Source of the DNA: Phoronis australis
Lineage: Eukaryota > Animalia > Phoronida
DNA length: 64,000 bases
NCBI GenBank assembly: GCA_002633005.1
Contig: NMRA01000061.1
Location: 200,957-264,956 of the forward strand
Reading direction: 5' to 3'
In this document: positions 12,313-25,400 of the stretch, piece by piece
Layout of the letters: every line of letters starts with the position of its first letter
Numbering within the stretch: the stretch's first letter is position 1
The notes under the pieces: model-generated
Databases searched by the model: none
The model's input: only the letters and a program-made list of their open reading frames with translations
What the model was told of the DNA's origin: nothing
Translations under genes and position numbers: made by a program

Positions 12313-13379
12313 CGTAAACGATTATGATTGTGTAACCTGTCTTCATAACTAGTTGGACGTGCCCACAAAGCTAAACTAACCTACACGTGCATTTCCGGAC
12401 TTCCTCAGAAGAACATAACTTTTAGTATTCACCTGTCTGTTTATGCGAATGCAATCACTCTCAGCACGAGAGCGCTTTACCGGCCTCAACCGCGTATTCA
12501 GACATTATCAGAACAACATGCTTCAGGGGCACGATTTATTGTAGTTTAAAATTTCCAAGCATAGCATTTCCTATTGGGGCACGCGGGGTTACAGTCTGTT
12601 TTGACAAATGCCAATGAAAATAAATTTACTAGTAGTTAATAGTAATAGCTCTCAACGTAGCGACGGAAAGGTCACAGGTGGGCTTTCCATATTGCTTGAT
12701 GGATTTATAAATATGTGCTGATGCAAATACACACTCCGGACCTGGAGCCGCTTTGGCTAAAATGGGACTTTGAATCAGTCACAAAATGATTTTAGTGAAA
12801 GAACTTAGTAAAATTTTTATGAATTTGGACAATGTGTCTGTTTGCAAACTTCGGGCTCATACAATGGACACAATGCTAGAGTCTATCATTTTTGATTAGG
12901 TCGTAAATTGTAACTTAACTTGAGTGATATTTTTTTGAAGAATTGGAAGCTGAATTACAGAACGAAAGTGATGTATATTACAAAGTGTGGACGTCGAGTG
13001 CTTCGGTGTATGAAAGGCCACCGCAAGTGAGTGAGCATTTTGTGCGGCTAACTCAGCTTCCGCCTGTGCTGGTCCTCAGTTTATGTTAGTCTGGCGCGCA
13101 ACGCGAGGCAACTATAGGCGAACCAGCTTGTTGAGGTGGCCTCATGTTGTACATTTCTTGCTGCACCACAGCATAGTTTATTTTCTTTCAGTTGAATTTA
13201 CAACTAAAATTCCTCACTCAAAACTTGTTTCTAATGTACACAACAGACCTCTTGTAGGTTTCCCAATTTGCAGCTGAAATCGCACAAAATCGCCATCTCG
13301 GTGCTTCTAATCACAGTACGTCGTATGATGAACCCACATATGATCTCTGGCTAATTGCACCTCCTAAAGTGAAGGGCGC

Positions 13380-15783
13380 TGATACGCTGTAACATGTAAC
13401 AATTTAGTAAAATGTAACATCTGTTACATTTTACGCCATTGTTATATATTACGTTGCTAGGCCGCTCCTAAAATGTAACAAGTTGTTATATTTTAATAAT
13501 TGTTACAATTTACGTCTCACTTGCGAGAAATGTACCATTGTTACATTTTACGAAAGCGACGTCATATTTCATGAGTTAACATGGTATTTGTCACACGGAG
13601 GACAACGGTCAACACACTTAACACCTTCTTTCCCGGAGTGTTAGAATAAAATTCTATCAAATGTGCAAGCTCGAATTTATAGATGTGTCCCTATGCGCTT
13701 TCCACTGCTCGCCCAGTTTCAACTCCAGGCAAAAGGAGTTTCCAGGATCAGGTAACAATTTTTATTTTTGAAATGTTCGTGCAATCTTTTATAGGCGCTC
13801 ACGTGTCATAAACCAACTGTGTATCCGACAGTACAGATAAACAAATTTCCCTTGGTAAGCACAACAGAAACAATGACATCGTATTTGGCTAGTATTTATC
13901 ATATTTCGACAATAACAAACATTTCCACGGAGCATTAAATTTTGGAAGCTAATTTGATAGAAAAAACACCCGTTTTTGTCCACGAAAGTTTGGTTTATTC
14001 CAGCCAGTGTTTTATTGCCTTCGAGTCATCGTTAATGCAGCAATTGCCTTGCTGATGCTGACGGGTTCTGTCTATCACCTTAGTTACAAATGACACTTTC
14101 TTATGACATTGTGGTGGAAGGAAATAAAAGCCCGTATTTATTTGCTGCACGTTGACAGATTTTGGCAATGCAACAGCAAAAGATCGCCTTAGAGAAGAGC
14201 AAGCTAATAGTTCAAAATAGTGGAGGCATAGTAACGTGTCTTAAACAGCTTAAAAGCTAAATGAAATATAGTTCCTATAATGTCAAACCTGTCTGAAATA
14301 GTGATATTCGGTATGTTTTCATGCAATCGAGACTTTATTTCATAGTTTTAATATGTTAAAGATACTCAAAACATTGTGTTGCTCTTGTGCAAGAGATGCT
14401 GAGCGAGTCTATATTCAAAATGACGGACACTATGGGTTGCAGGGTTTCAAGGCGAATTATTTTGAAAATTAAGTTTCTAATATAAAATTTTCGATGAATT
14501 TGAATACAATTGCTTTGTACGAAAATATCAAGCTAATATGTGCTGTAACGTTGCCACGTATTTTGCACCAAATTAAATGGCCTATTGTCGCCGATTTCAA
14601 TACGGGACACAAACTCGACAGCGGCCCGTTACGAAATCGTGCAGCGTTTACACCTTCGGCTTCAAGAAGACATGAATGCAAAGTTCCTAACACCAGAATT
14701 TTTGTATCAAGCAATCTACACTTTATAATATACATTGTGAAATTGCCTGATAACAATTCGGACGAAGCCTTTTGTTTTTTCGACTGTTTAGGCGACCCTT
14801 GTCATCCTCCCGGTAGTCCCATACGGGCCCGTATTAGAATGTGTGTTAAATAATTGAATAAAAAGTTCTTAAGGTAATGATTTTGATCAGTTTGAATATT
14901 AATTGACATGAAATGAAGGATCAATGTGTTTCCTTGATTTTCCACGTATTTTTCCCTAAATTAAACGCCCAGTCGTCGCTGATTCCGATACGATGGAGAC
15001 ACGGTGAAATCCAAATTCGTTGGGTCGAAAATGGCATACATAAGACTTCGATTGGTGCAAGAGCCATCTCAAGTATTTTTGGCGCTAAATGGGGTTCGTG
15101 ATGGGGCTACTGTATTGTAAAAGGTCTAGATAATTAACGACTGGGTTATGCTATGACATCGTATTTTGATGATTTTCACCAATGCATGTATTTTGGTGAA
15201 AACATTGAACCATAAATGAGACGATTTTAAAATCTTTGAGGACCATGATGTATTAGCACTTTGCTAAAGACGTATTGTGTATATTGCATTGTGCCCTCAA
15301 TAAATAAATCAAAAATACTAATAATAGCATAAATGGTAGTACTGTAATAGTTATATAATACTAATACAAATGATAATGGGTAGCCAAATTGATGCAGTGT
15401 CTGCCCACAGGGTGTTTTTTCACAGCAAACAATCTCCAAAATCTTAATGGAGTCATTTTCGACAAATAATATCTAAAAGGGTGCGTTTTCTGATTTAATG
15501 GAACAGAACTGTGCAAAAATGTGAGTTTTTACACAAAATTAGTTTCTGAATGGGTCACTTTTTGTCTGAGCCCACTCTGTAAGCGGGTAGGTTCCATTTT
15601 TTTAGGGCGGCACCCCTCGTCCAAAAATACTCCAGTACCTTCCGGCCTTGTCAGATACCACTTGTTCGTGATTTTGGTCATTTCCTTGAAATATGACTTT
15701 GGTTTCGTAAAATGTAACATTTCCCGCATGTGCATTCGACAACTGTTACACTTTACGAAATTGTTACATTTTACGGCGTGTCA
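13380..15783. mobile_element. ~2.4-kb non-autonomous TIR element with subterminal TAAAATGTAACA repeats
   Basis: Left end tgatacgctgtaacatgtaacaatttagtaaaatgtaaca matches the reverse complement of the right end (tgacacgccgtaaaatgtaacaatttcgtaaagtgtaaca). Many tgtaaca/tgttaca units lie at 13388-13552 and 15707-15775. No clean TSD. Confidence 0.7.
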
Positions 15784-15978
15784 AGGCATGCCGCCACATC
15801 TGCTGCGTAAGACTAATTTTCGAAGCAGTGTATGTTTCATATTTTTAGGGCTAAACATGAGAATCGTGAAACAGGCTGGTATTTGAAAGACATTTCCTTA
15901 GTGCTGAAAACCTCAAACGCAAATGATAAACCAATGTACTCTATAGTTCGAGCAAAAGCTTTTCTCGAAGAGTATTAC

Positions 15979-16523
15979 AGAGGCCTGGAACGCATAAACA
16001 CACTAAATTGCAACATTGAAAGTGGTTCTCTGCCAGTGAAACAGAATTCAACCTGCTCACCAGGTACTTTTTGGGCTTGTTCGTAAAGATTTTTAATTTC
16101 TGCTCATACATGTATAAAAGCATTTTCTTTTACTTTCAAATTTCAAAAAACGATGTCAACTGCTCGTTACTTCCTCAATTTTTCTCCCACAAGGCAAAGC
16201 ACGTCTCCTGTATTCGGTATGGGAAGAAATAGATCTAGCACGTTCGCTTATATGGCTTTATGACCATGGACCTCAAGCGACTTCGAGTAAACTGATTGTG
16301 AGAGCATGCGCGCATTTGTTATAAGTGGGAGGGAGATTAGAAACTGTGTGGTAACTACAGTTTTTCCTTCTCGCGTATTTCAAAAATCGTGAAGAGTGCG
16401 ATTTTTCTGAAAATTCCCCTCACATGGGAAAGTGAATTATCCAGTATTACACGTTGCGAGACAGTCATTTTTTAGGAATTGTTTAAAAGATATTTTTGAC
16501 GAGCTTTCGGGTTCCATGCCTCT
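15979..16523. mobile_element. Non-autonomous Kolobok-type element
   Basis: TIRs agaggcctggaac / gttccatgcctct; flanks ttac (left) and ttaa (right), consistent with a decayed TTAA TSD and AG...CT termini. Confidence 0.6.
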
Positions 16524-17414
16524 TTAATGTCTGGCAACGTAATGTTTACGTACCCAATCATCGACTAGTTTAAAGTCAAGTGATTGGAAGATCATGGCCC
16601 ACCAAACGGTGTCAATGCCGAATTTCCCGCCTGGTGATTTACAATACTCTGTCGGTTAGCTGAGGCGGTGGAAGAACCTATGCAGCAAACTTGCAGAATA
16701 AGGATAATATTAGAAACAACCGTGTGATCAAGTTCGCAGGTGTGTTCTGCAAAGGATTAAAAAAACAATTGCGAGATTTGATCCCATAAAATATCGCAGG
16801 GCTTATGATGACAGCTGGAGATGACTTTGTACAGTGTATAATGGACACCGAAGTAATTTTTGTTTTCACACAAGTCATTGTGAAGATTGTTCGTAGTATA
16901 TAGAAAGTAATATAAGTAAGACATTAACAACGTTTAGCCTTCCTGCTAATTCAAAAATAAATATTTATAACATAATTGGATGAGATTCGAATTTCTATGG
17001 TGTAAAATTATCGTAATATTCTTAAGTGCAAATCTTCCTAATGGTATCATTACTCCTTACTGTCAGAGACGTGATATTTAGTTTGAGAATCTTGTTAAAA
17101 GTGTCTACTTTCGAAGCCATCATAGCTGTCAATGAAGATCAAGATCTAAATGGACGCTTGGCATTTACATGTACAGTGTGCTCCAAAATGTCAAGGAAAA
17201 TATACTGAAACATGAGAACCGGCGGGAAATAATTTTACTTAATAGCACTAATGGTGTTTTGCTTATTCCAGGAACCCAAAGGTTATTTTGCATAGCTTAT
17301 AAGTCGGAAGTGTTACGAATGACTCTTGCGGCAAAAACACAAAACAAATATTTTCGAGTTTTGGCACCGGCCAAACAAAATTCCAGCGCAGATGTTGAAG
17401 AGACATCCGACCTG

Positions 17415-17552
17415 CCTCCCGTTCAATAATGCTAGGACCTAGCTAAAACGCAAGACTTCGCGAGATTACGTGAAATATTGCCATGTATTTCATATGTGAT
17501 CACGTGACTTTGGCTAGATTTTAGCTAGGTCCTAGCGTTACTGAACGCACGC
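17415..17552 (+). mobile_element. MITE family A (GTTCAGTAACGCTAGGACCT inverted repeats)
   Basis: Internal inverted repeats, flanked by CTG on both sides; homologous copies at 34903, 51816, 58592 and 6069. Confidence 0.8.
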
Positions 17553-20507
17553 CTGATGTGTAAAGATGGAGAATATTTAAACGAACAGTTTCTGTGTTTT
17601 CTGCAAAGATTGCCGGTCAAAGCTAACTGAAATATAGGAGGCGACATCATCAGCTAAGTGCAGCTCAAAGCCGGCGTGGAAACTGAAATACGTAATCTGA
17701 GATTTTATGAGATTGGTCTTAATAACTAACGAACTGTGAAATTTTTCCAAGCCCAGACGTTACACGCATTGTGACTGAGGAGCAATTTGAGGTGAATTTG
17801 TGGTCAATTTCATAATGTCAGTGACCTAAATCGAAACTTGAGTTCTTCACAAATACATGGTTTAAAGCCTCGACTTCAAAAGTGATTTGCTGCCCCCGAG
17901 GGACGTGCGTGGATTTCCAAACTTGCGCTCGTCACAATAAACTTCGCCATTGTCGCAAAACGTGCTCAGTCGTCACATCGCATAACCTGTACACAATTGT
18001 ACAGCCATGTGTTACAATTACACGTTTTACAAAAGGTTTATCACACGACCCCTAATAACAGATACATACGCTAACAAATATGGTACTTTTTATCCGTACA
18101 TGTAACCGTCGCTTACATTGTGCAAGTACAAGTTAGAGGGTCAAGTAGCAATCTACATGTTCTGTTCTTAAACCTGACACTAGACGAAGGTGCTAATAAA
18201 AACAAGAGTGACGTCAACGGGAAATGACTGCGTATCGCGTACGTTACTCTTGACACAAATCGCAAATCAAGAACATTTATCTCATGGCCTGTCGTTTTGC
18301 ACAAACAAATTAAACAACGATGCAAAATTGTTATACATACATTCGATTTTAGAGCTAAAGATTTTATTTATTTCATAATAGCCAATTTTCTAGAAATTTG
18401 AAAGTACGAGTCTAAGCTGAAGATCGGTCAGATGAAGTTTCGAGGCCGCCAAATTTCCCAGCCCTGCCACGGAAAGTATGTGCTTGTTTGGTACGTAGCA
18501 GACACATAAAACAGCTTCAACATATCACCCCCGTGTACTGTAGTTTAGACTTAAGGAATTGTTCAGACTTGGAAAAGTGAACTTTCGGTAACTTGGAGTG
18601 ACCGTTCGGAACAACCGACTGCGAGTGAGCTATTGTCAGTTCACAGAACTTGAACGCGGTCTCGCCTCTATTCACTCCAGATAGTTTTTGAAGTCGCCAA
18701 ACAATAGTGTACCAGAAATTGAGGCAAATAAATAACCACGTTGTACGCTGATATTGGCTATACTGCGGTGAATTAATGAGCGTGCTTTCTCAGCAAGTTG
18801 ACTAATTAACTAGGATTTTACCAACTTACCACCACGCCAGTTGAGGCAACACATTCCGATGGGACCTCAAAACTAGTTACCGATCCTCAAAATCCGTCTC
18901 AGTTAAAAAAAAAACAATAGATGCGGTTAGTATCGAGATTTCCCTAAAATCTCAATGGCATAAAATCGAATCCTTGTCTCAAAAGATGACATCGGTACTT
19001 TTTCATGGGTTTCTGAACACATTTGCGAATTGGTCCTAAGATGAAAACTGAAGTTAGCAAAATGCGGGTGCCAGAGGTTTGACGCCACTGTTTACTAATT
19101 AGTTACACCACCTTACGACTCTCTCTAGCTACCATGTCAGCCAGTAATTTGCTATGAAAATCCAGCGATAAGCAATCCTACACCACAGCAAATACACAGG
19201 AAGATGTCTACTTAGAGATCTTTTCATTGCCCATGATTGCTGACTGAGACTACTACTACACCATATTGTACTGAAATGCCCTTATCATTCCGAATAAATT
19301 ATTTTGAACGAATATGCTGTAATAATGAATGACTTTTTATTTAGTCAACTTCGGTCTCCTCTTCATCTCTGCCTGAAAACGTAGCTTGTGACGGACCCTG
19401 TGCAAGACCGCAATTGGCGTTGGCGACGGTCTAGGGAGGGGTGGGGGTGAAGGGTTTCAAGGAGAATGCCATCCAAACACAGCATAGTTTGTATCAATTT
19501 AAATCGAGTAGTTCCACTCGATAACAGCAAGTACAGCTATTTTACCTGACACCTGGCGGCAGACGGAGGTGTTGAAATTAACCAATGACGTCAGAGCTTC
19601 GAATGCAGTCTGTTCAGCAGTTTACAACACACTTATCACATGCATTCATCATTTTACACCACTATAAGTCATCAAAATTCGATGTAAAACCCTTACAAAT
19701 ACATGGTGTAATTGAACAAACGTGTCATCGTGTTATTTTATTTCGCTGTTACCGATTTTTAGGTATTTGAACGTACCGTAGTCTACAAAGTTCGGTAGAC
19801 CAATTTATCAAGGTCGGTCGCGGGAGTTTGGGGTCTGTTCGGTAATAAATTCAAATTATTCGTCCGTGAAATACGGACAGGAGAACATAGCTGTGTGTTG
19901 TAATTTTTGATTTTTTTCAGTTTTAAACACACAAAACGCTTGCTGTCCCGGCCAGTGGCTTGGAACCCAATCATACCCATCGCGGCCGGAGTGAAGACAT
20001 CACGAATATAAACCAGCCAAAGTTGGAAACTTAAGTTCCAGTCACGAAAAGACTACACCAGTGAGCCAAAGAAAAAAATGTGCAAGTGATTATTTTGGTG
20101 AATTAGCCGCGAAACTGCAAATCTACTTACTAGCTCGTTGGGAACCGCAAAACCGTCAGGGCAAAAGTTGTACAGTAACAATGATTCGAATAACGTATAT
20201 GAATACCTAAATAAAGATTCCCCTGACCTTAGGATATAAAATGGAGTTATTGTTTCGCAGCAGTTTTCTGTCAGCAACCACTGAATTAGCTTGCGCTCAC
20301 ACGGCCTCGGTGCCAAGTTCATTGCATCTAAAGCCGGTGACGCAGAATTTTATTCATTGCTGGCTTCTCAAAACATTTGCCCTCACGAACACTTCAAGCC
20401 ATTACAGAATATATCTAATGCGATAGACTTTGTTTGAGTTTTATGTAAGCATTGGTTTGGGTGAGAATAAGTCATTTTGAAAGAGAACGCAACAAACGTC
20501 AACATCA

Positions 20508-20780
20508 GTGGCAACTCGCAATCCCGACTTAGACGAGTGCTCATCCGACGAAGACTTCATAGGTCGGTCGTTAGGTTTCACAGGCTATCAGTTCGAACCG
20601 GAATACACTGATCAAGAAATAATAGAGAGGCTCCGTGAACGTGCACAGACAACGGAACATATGGATAGTTTCGAAAACCGTTTGAATGAGTTGTCATGGT
20701 GTCAGTGAGCTAACTGCACGATAATGGAAACGACTGACGCTTGCGTTTACTGCCACGAAATTCCGCAAGTCAAAAGCCGA
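20508..20780 (+). pseudogene. KolX / P2X7-ballast-like Cys-rich protein N-terminal remnant
   Basis: GYQFEPEY...RLNELSWCQ*ANCTIMETTDACVYCHEIP matches the Y.FEP ... RL....WC.C..C..M.T..EC.CC.E pattern; the stop replaces a Cys codon. Confidence 0.7.
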
Positions 20781-21039
20781 CGTTTTTTAGGGCCGAGAAA
20801 AAGAACTGGCGATAACATCCTACACCCAGAGGACCAAACAGCATGACGAACGAGCCAGTCATCAAACAGGTTATATAAAGCGTTATGTTCTCAGGCCTTG
20901 AATTAATTGTAGATTGTGTTTTCATGGCCAACTACAATTCTCCATAATCAAAAACTGATCAACACTGACCACTGACAGACACGGAGAAGTTTCACGACCT
21001 CATCCTTGGTATTAACAGCGTACATGTACTTTTCATTCT

Positions 21040-21165
21040 TCACTACCGCGAGCCTCTTCCGAAGCATGATGGGCTCTCGAGGAACTCGAAAAAATTATGT
21101 ACCCGCTTTCCTCATAGCTTCATAGTTCGGACAAGCGGGAACAATACACCACACCTTACCGGCAT
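21040..21165 (-). pseudogene. THAP zinc-finger remnant
   Basis: GKVWCIVPACPNYEAMRKAGT*FFRVPREPIMLRKRL fits the THAP C.VP.C.N ... FF.FP ... R..W pattern. Confidence 0.65.
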
Positions 21166-22217
21166 TCACTCTGCAGAACCACTGACGTTGCTGCTTCGTT
21201 TCTCATCTTCCTCACAGGTTAACGCGACACCTCTCGGTAAGATCTACCGTATACGAGGTGATGTGGCTGTAAACCGATTAAGACGGTAAGAAAGACTAAT
21301 TAAATCGGGTGGCATTCTCCTTTAAGGTGGAACAAGTGGCGACCACAGCAAATTTTTTGAAATGAACAGAAAGGTACGATTGAAATTAATGGTTTACGGG
21401 GGTAGGACGAAGTGAGCCTGACTCCCTTGTCGCTACGCCAGCGAACCTAACGCTTGTGAATAGTTAATATACATCTTTTATGAAAAAACAAAACAAACAA
21501 ACAAAGGGTTCCAGCCCAAAATACGAACAAAACATTAGTATTAAAATCAACACTGCTTTGATATTAGAAAAAAAAAACAACGGCGAACTGCAATATGCTT
21601 AATCCTAACTCTTTCGTAGGGAATTTTAAGCGGAAAAGTTATCCCATGGGTTATGGAAAACCATTTAACTCTATCTAGCTCAGTGGTACAACCTACTTGC
21701 GGCCCGTCCCACATACACCACAATAGGATTCACCCTGGGAATCGGTGCAGTCTAGGAATTGCATACTTGTATATTGGTCTTCACCAAGAGCAAGCAGACC
21801 CCAATCTTTATTTTCGCAACCTGGTGGAGACCGATTATGCTAGTGTGCTTTAGTCGCCAGATTCACTTCAGAAACTGCTGGTGGTCGGACTTTCCACTGT
21901 TGATAGGGGGCCGGGATCTCAAGTAGCCGCCCCCGGCCACACACATGAAGGCCAGCCTCGTCCTCAAGCCTCGAGATGGCGCTGATCGGTTTAGTCAATG
22001 GGTTAGGTGTAACTGAACTTGAACAGTTAGGCAGCGGCTGCGGCTATTTTTCAGTGACATAATATTAAAATCTAGGGATAGGCTTGGGGGTAGTTTTGAG
22101 GTAAGTGTTGCATCTAGGCTCAGTGGAAGTGGTTTGTTTGCATTTGCAAACATACGGGGGGCTGACATGAAAATCTGCTTGCCTTTAGACCGTGTACAGT
22201 CATGCACATGTACCGAA

Positions 22218-22355
22218 TGTACTGTATATAAAGACGATTTCTTTGTTGGTATTTATTATCTGACCAGTAACCTTGACACTACTTATCGCTACGTCATCAA
22301 TTTGTGTGTTATACCAAGAGCGGCCTCTAGGGTAAACTAAAGTAACTACATTACA
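22218..22355 (-). repeat. 3' LTR (138 bp)
   Basis: Identical to 26780-26917 except one C/T; AATAAA on the element strand; adjacent PPT AGGAGGGAGAGA at 22356-22367. Confidence 0.95.
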
Positions 22356-22490
22356 TCTCTCCCTCCTTACGAATAGACGTTACACAATCGAGACCGTCAA
22401 TACACAAATCAACTAATAAAACTGCCTTTAGCAGATGAGCAAACAAACATCTATGACTAGAACGACTAAAGTCTATCAAACATAGCGGCA

Positions 22491-25400
22491 CTAAATGTCC
22501 ATCACGAAGTCCTCATATTTCGCAGGCGCGTTCCTAGTTCTGCTCGAACGACGTAACTGTGGTTCGTCACTTGCAGTCATCTCCTTGGATGAGGTATCTT
22601 CAGATCCTGGTTCTGGTTGAGACTTGTCACAAAGGTCTGGTATTTTCTTCATGTGCGATGAATTTCTGGTAACCACATGACCATCACGTGCTGCGGTGAT
22701 CATATTTCCTTTCTTCTCAACCACTTCGTAAGGTAAGGGTTTATATGGTGTTGAGAGCTTGTTGGTTTTCTCTTGCTTAACTAGAACTGTGTCTCCAGGC
22801 TGCAAAGGACACGTTTTGTTAGCGTTGTTACGACTATCAGCAATGTCCTTCATGTATGTTTTCATACGAGCATCTCTGGTGCGAGCAAAATCAAGCTTCT
22901 CTTCAAAGGTCACCTTCTTCGGCTTTGTAAGTGTTGGAAGTTCCGTTCTGAGTTTTCTGCCATTTAGCATTTCAGAGGGAGACATGCCAGTGGTTGACTG
23001 GGGTGTTGCTCTGTAATGACGCAGAAATGTATACAGTTCCTGCTTCCAACTTCCTTTCTCCACCGTGGCTGCACGGATTGCCTTTTCAAGAGTTCTCATA
23101 AACCTCTCTGCCTCACCATTTGCCTGGGGGTAACGTGGAGTTATTTTCTTGTGTTTAAAACCAACAAGTTTTGCCCAATTTGCAAACTCCTCACTCTGGA
23201 AAGGCGGTCCGTTGTCTGATTTTACCACTTCTGGAATTCCTTGACGGGCAAATATAGCATCTAGTTTCGGGATTGTTGCTTTCGCCGATGTGGAATACAA
23301 AATTTCTAACTCAGGAAATCGGCTGTAGTCATCCATAACAACCAAAATGTATTCACCCGTCCTGAATTCTCCGCAAAAATCTATGGATACCTCCTTCCAA
23401 GGTCCAGTTGGTAATTCGGTCATTCTCAATGGTTCATGGTTCTTTGTTTCTGTGCAAGCTTGACATGGAATACAGCTTCGCACAACGCTTTCTACGTGTT
23501 TGTCAATACCTGGAAACCACACGGTTTGTCGTAGAAAGGCTTTCGTCTTCACGATTCCTTGGTGACTAGAGTGAGCAATGTCAACAGCTCTACACTGTAG
23601 TTTACTTGGGAGTATTATTCTATCACCTCTCAGAATCAGTCCATCACAGATCGATAGTTCATCTTTTATTCTCTTATACGCTGCATACTCATGGCTAAGC
23701 GTATGCCAGTTCTGTGAGATAATACAAGTCATGATTAGCTGTAGAGCTTCGTCTTTCGCAGTTTCTTCGACAAGTTCCTCTTGGGAAATGCTAGTTCGGC
23801 CATCACTTAAGCTTGTGTAGCTCTTCACAGCATTCAAAACAATCTGGCTAATTTCTTCATCCAGCCATGATTTCTCTGGTTTCCCTGTAGGATGTCGAGA
23901 AAGGTAGTCTGCCGGATTGGTTTTCCCTGGTCGATATGTAACTTGTATACTGTATGGCTGTAGACGTAGAACTAGTCTGTGTAGTCTGGCTGTCGGAACT
24001 GAGGTTACTTTCCGCATAATACCTACAAGCGGTTTATGATCAGTCACCACAATGAAACTCGATCCCTCCAGGTACTGATTAAAGTGCTCACAAGCCCACA
24101 CTACTGCCAACGCCTCTCTTTCGGTCTGGCTATATCTTGTTTCGGTCTCTGTGAGAGCTCTACTTCCATATTCAATAATAGAGAGTTCGCCATGTGAATT
24201 CTTCTGTGTAAGAATTGCGCCCAGTCCAACAGGACTTGCATCCACCACCAGTTCTGTCTGCTGTGTTGGATCAAAATACTTGAGAGTTCGGGTGTCTGCC
24301 ATATTTTCCTTCAGATTGAGGAAGGCGGTCTGCTGTTCTTTTCCCCAGCACCATTGGCTTCCCGTCTTAGTTAGTCTCCTGAGTGGTTCGACTGTGGTAC
24401 TGTAGTTCGGGATGAAACGCACAAGATATTGGACCATACCCAGCCAGCTACGAATTTCTTCGACATTTTGCGGCTGACTTGCATTGACAATTGCCGAAAT
24501 CTTGTCATCGCTGGGACTTACTCCGTCTCCACTGAAAATGTGACCAAAGAATGAAATCTTTGTTTTGAAGAATTCGCATTTGCTTCTGTTTGCTGTGACA
24601 TTGAATTCTCTCAGTCTCTGTAGTACTTGTCGTATTGTCTTAATGTGCTCATCCTTCGTCTTGCTGAATAGAATTATGTCGTCTGACATATTCCTCACAC
24701 CTGGGATGTCTGCTAACATGTCAGCAACTGCCTTCTGGAATATCTCAGCAGCTGAGTTGATACCCATGCTCAAAACTTTGTAACGGTAGAGGCCCTGGTG
24801 TGTTACAAATGTTGTGATGTAACGACTTTCGGGATGAAGCTCCAACTGATGGTAGCCCTTGTTTAAGTCAATCTTCGAGAAATACTTTGACCCATTCATG
24901 TCAACAATCAAGTCATGAATAGTGTTCATGGGATACCGCTCACGTTCTATGGCTGTGTTGATTGCTCGACTGTCGATACATATGCGTACACTGTCATCCG
25001 GTTTTCTAACCGCAACGATGGGGCTCACCCATGGTGTGGGACCTTCAGCGTCTTCAATTATTTCGAGATCCTTTAAACGCCTGATTTCGTCTTCAATCTG
25101 CGGTCGACGGTGAAAGGGAATGGTGCGCTTCTGCGCTATCGGCTTAATAGATTTGTCTATGTTGAGTCTGACCTTGACCCCTTTCATGCGACCAATTCCG
25201 TTGAATCTATCGCTGTACTCGTCTATGAGCTGTTCGACCGTGTCTGTAACATCTTCACGTGTCACTGTGCTGAGAAATGTGATAAGACCCAGCTTTTGTG
25301 ATGTCTCACAGCCAAGTAAGTTTCCTGCTGTACCTTTCACAACGTAAATCTCGGTGACAGTAGCCAGCTTCGTTTGTGGTGCCTTCACTGTGTCTTTGAA

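Larger units (their letters stand above)
19460..21321. mobile_element. Kolobok-type DNA transposon relic with KolX-like and THAP remnants
   Basis: TIRs aggagaatgccatcc / gggtggcattctcct with ttca and ttaa flanks; internal convergent coding remnants (see next two features). Confidence 0.75.

Noticed and set aside
21650-21990. Possible RTE-LINE C-terminal remnant (CGVCG...SRL on the minus strand)
   Set aside because: Similarity too weak and needs several frameshifts.
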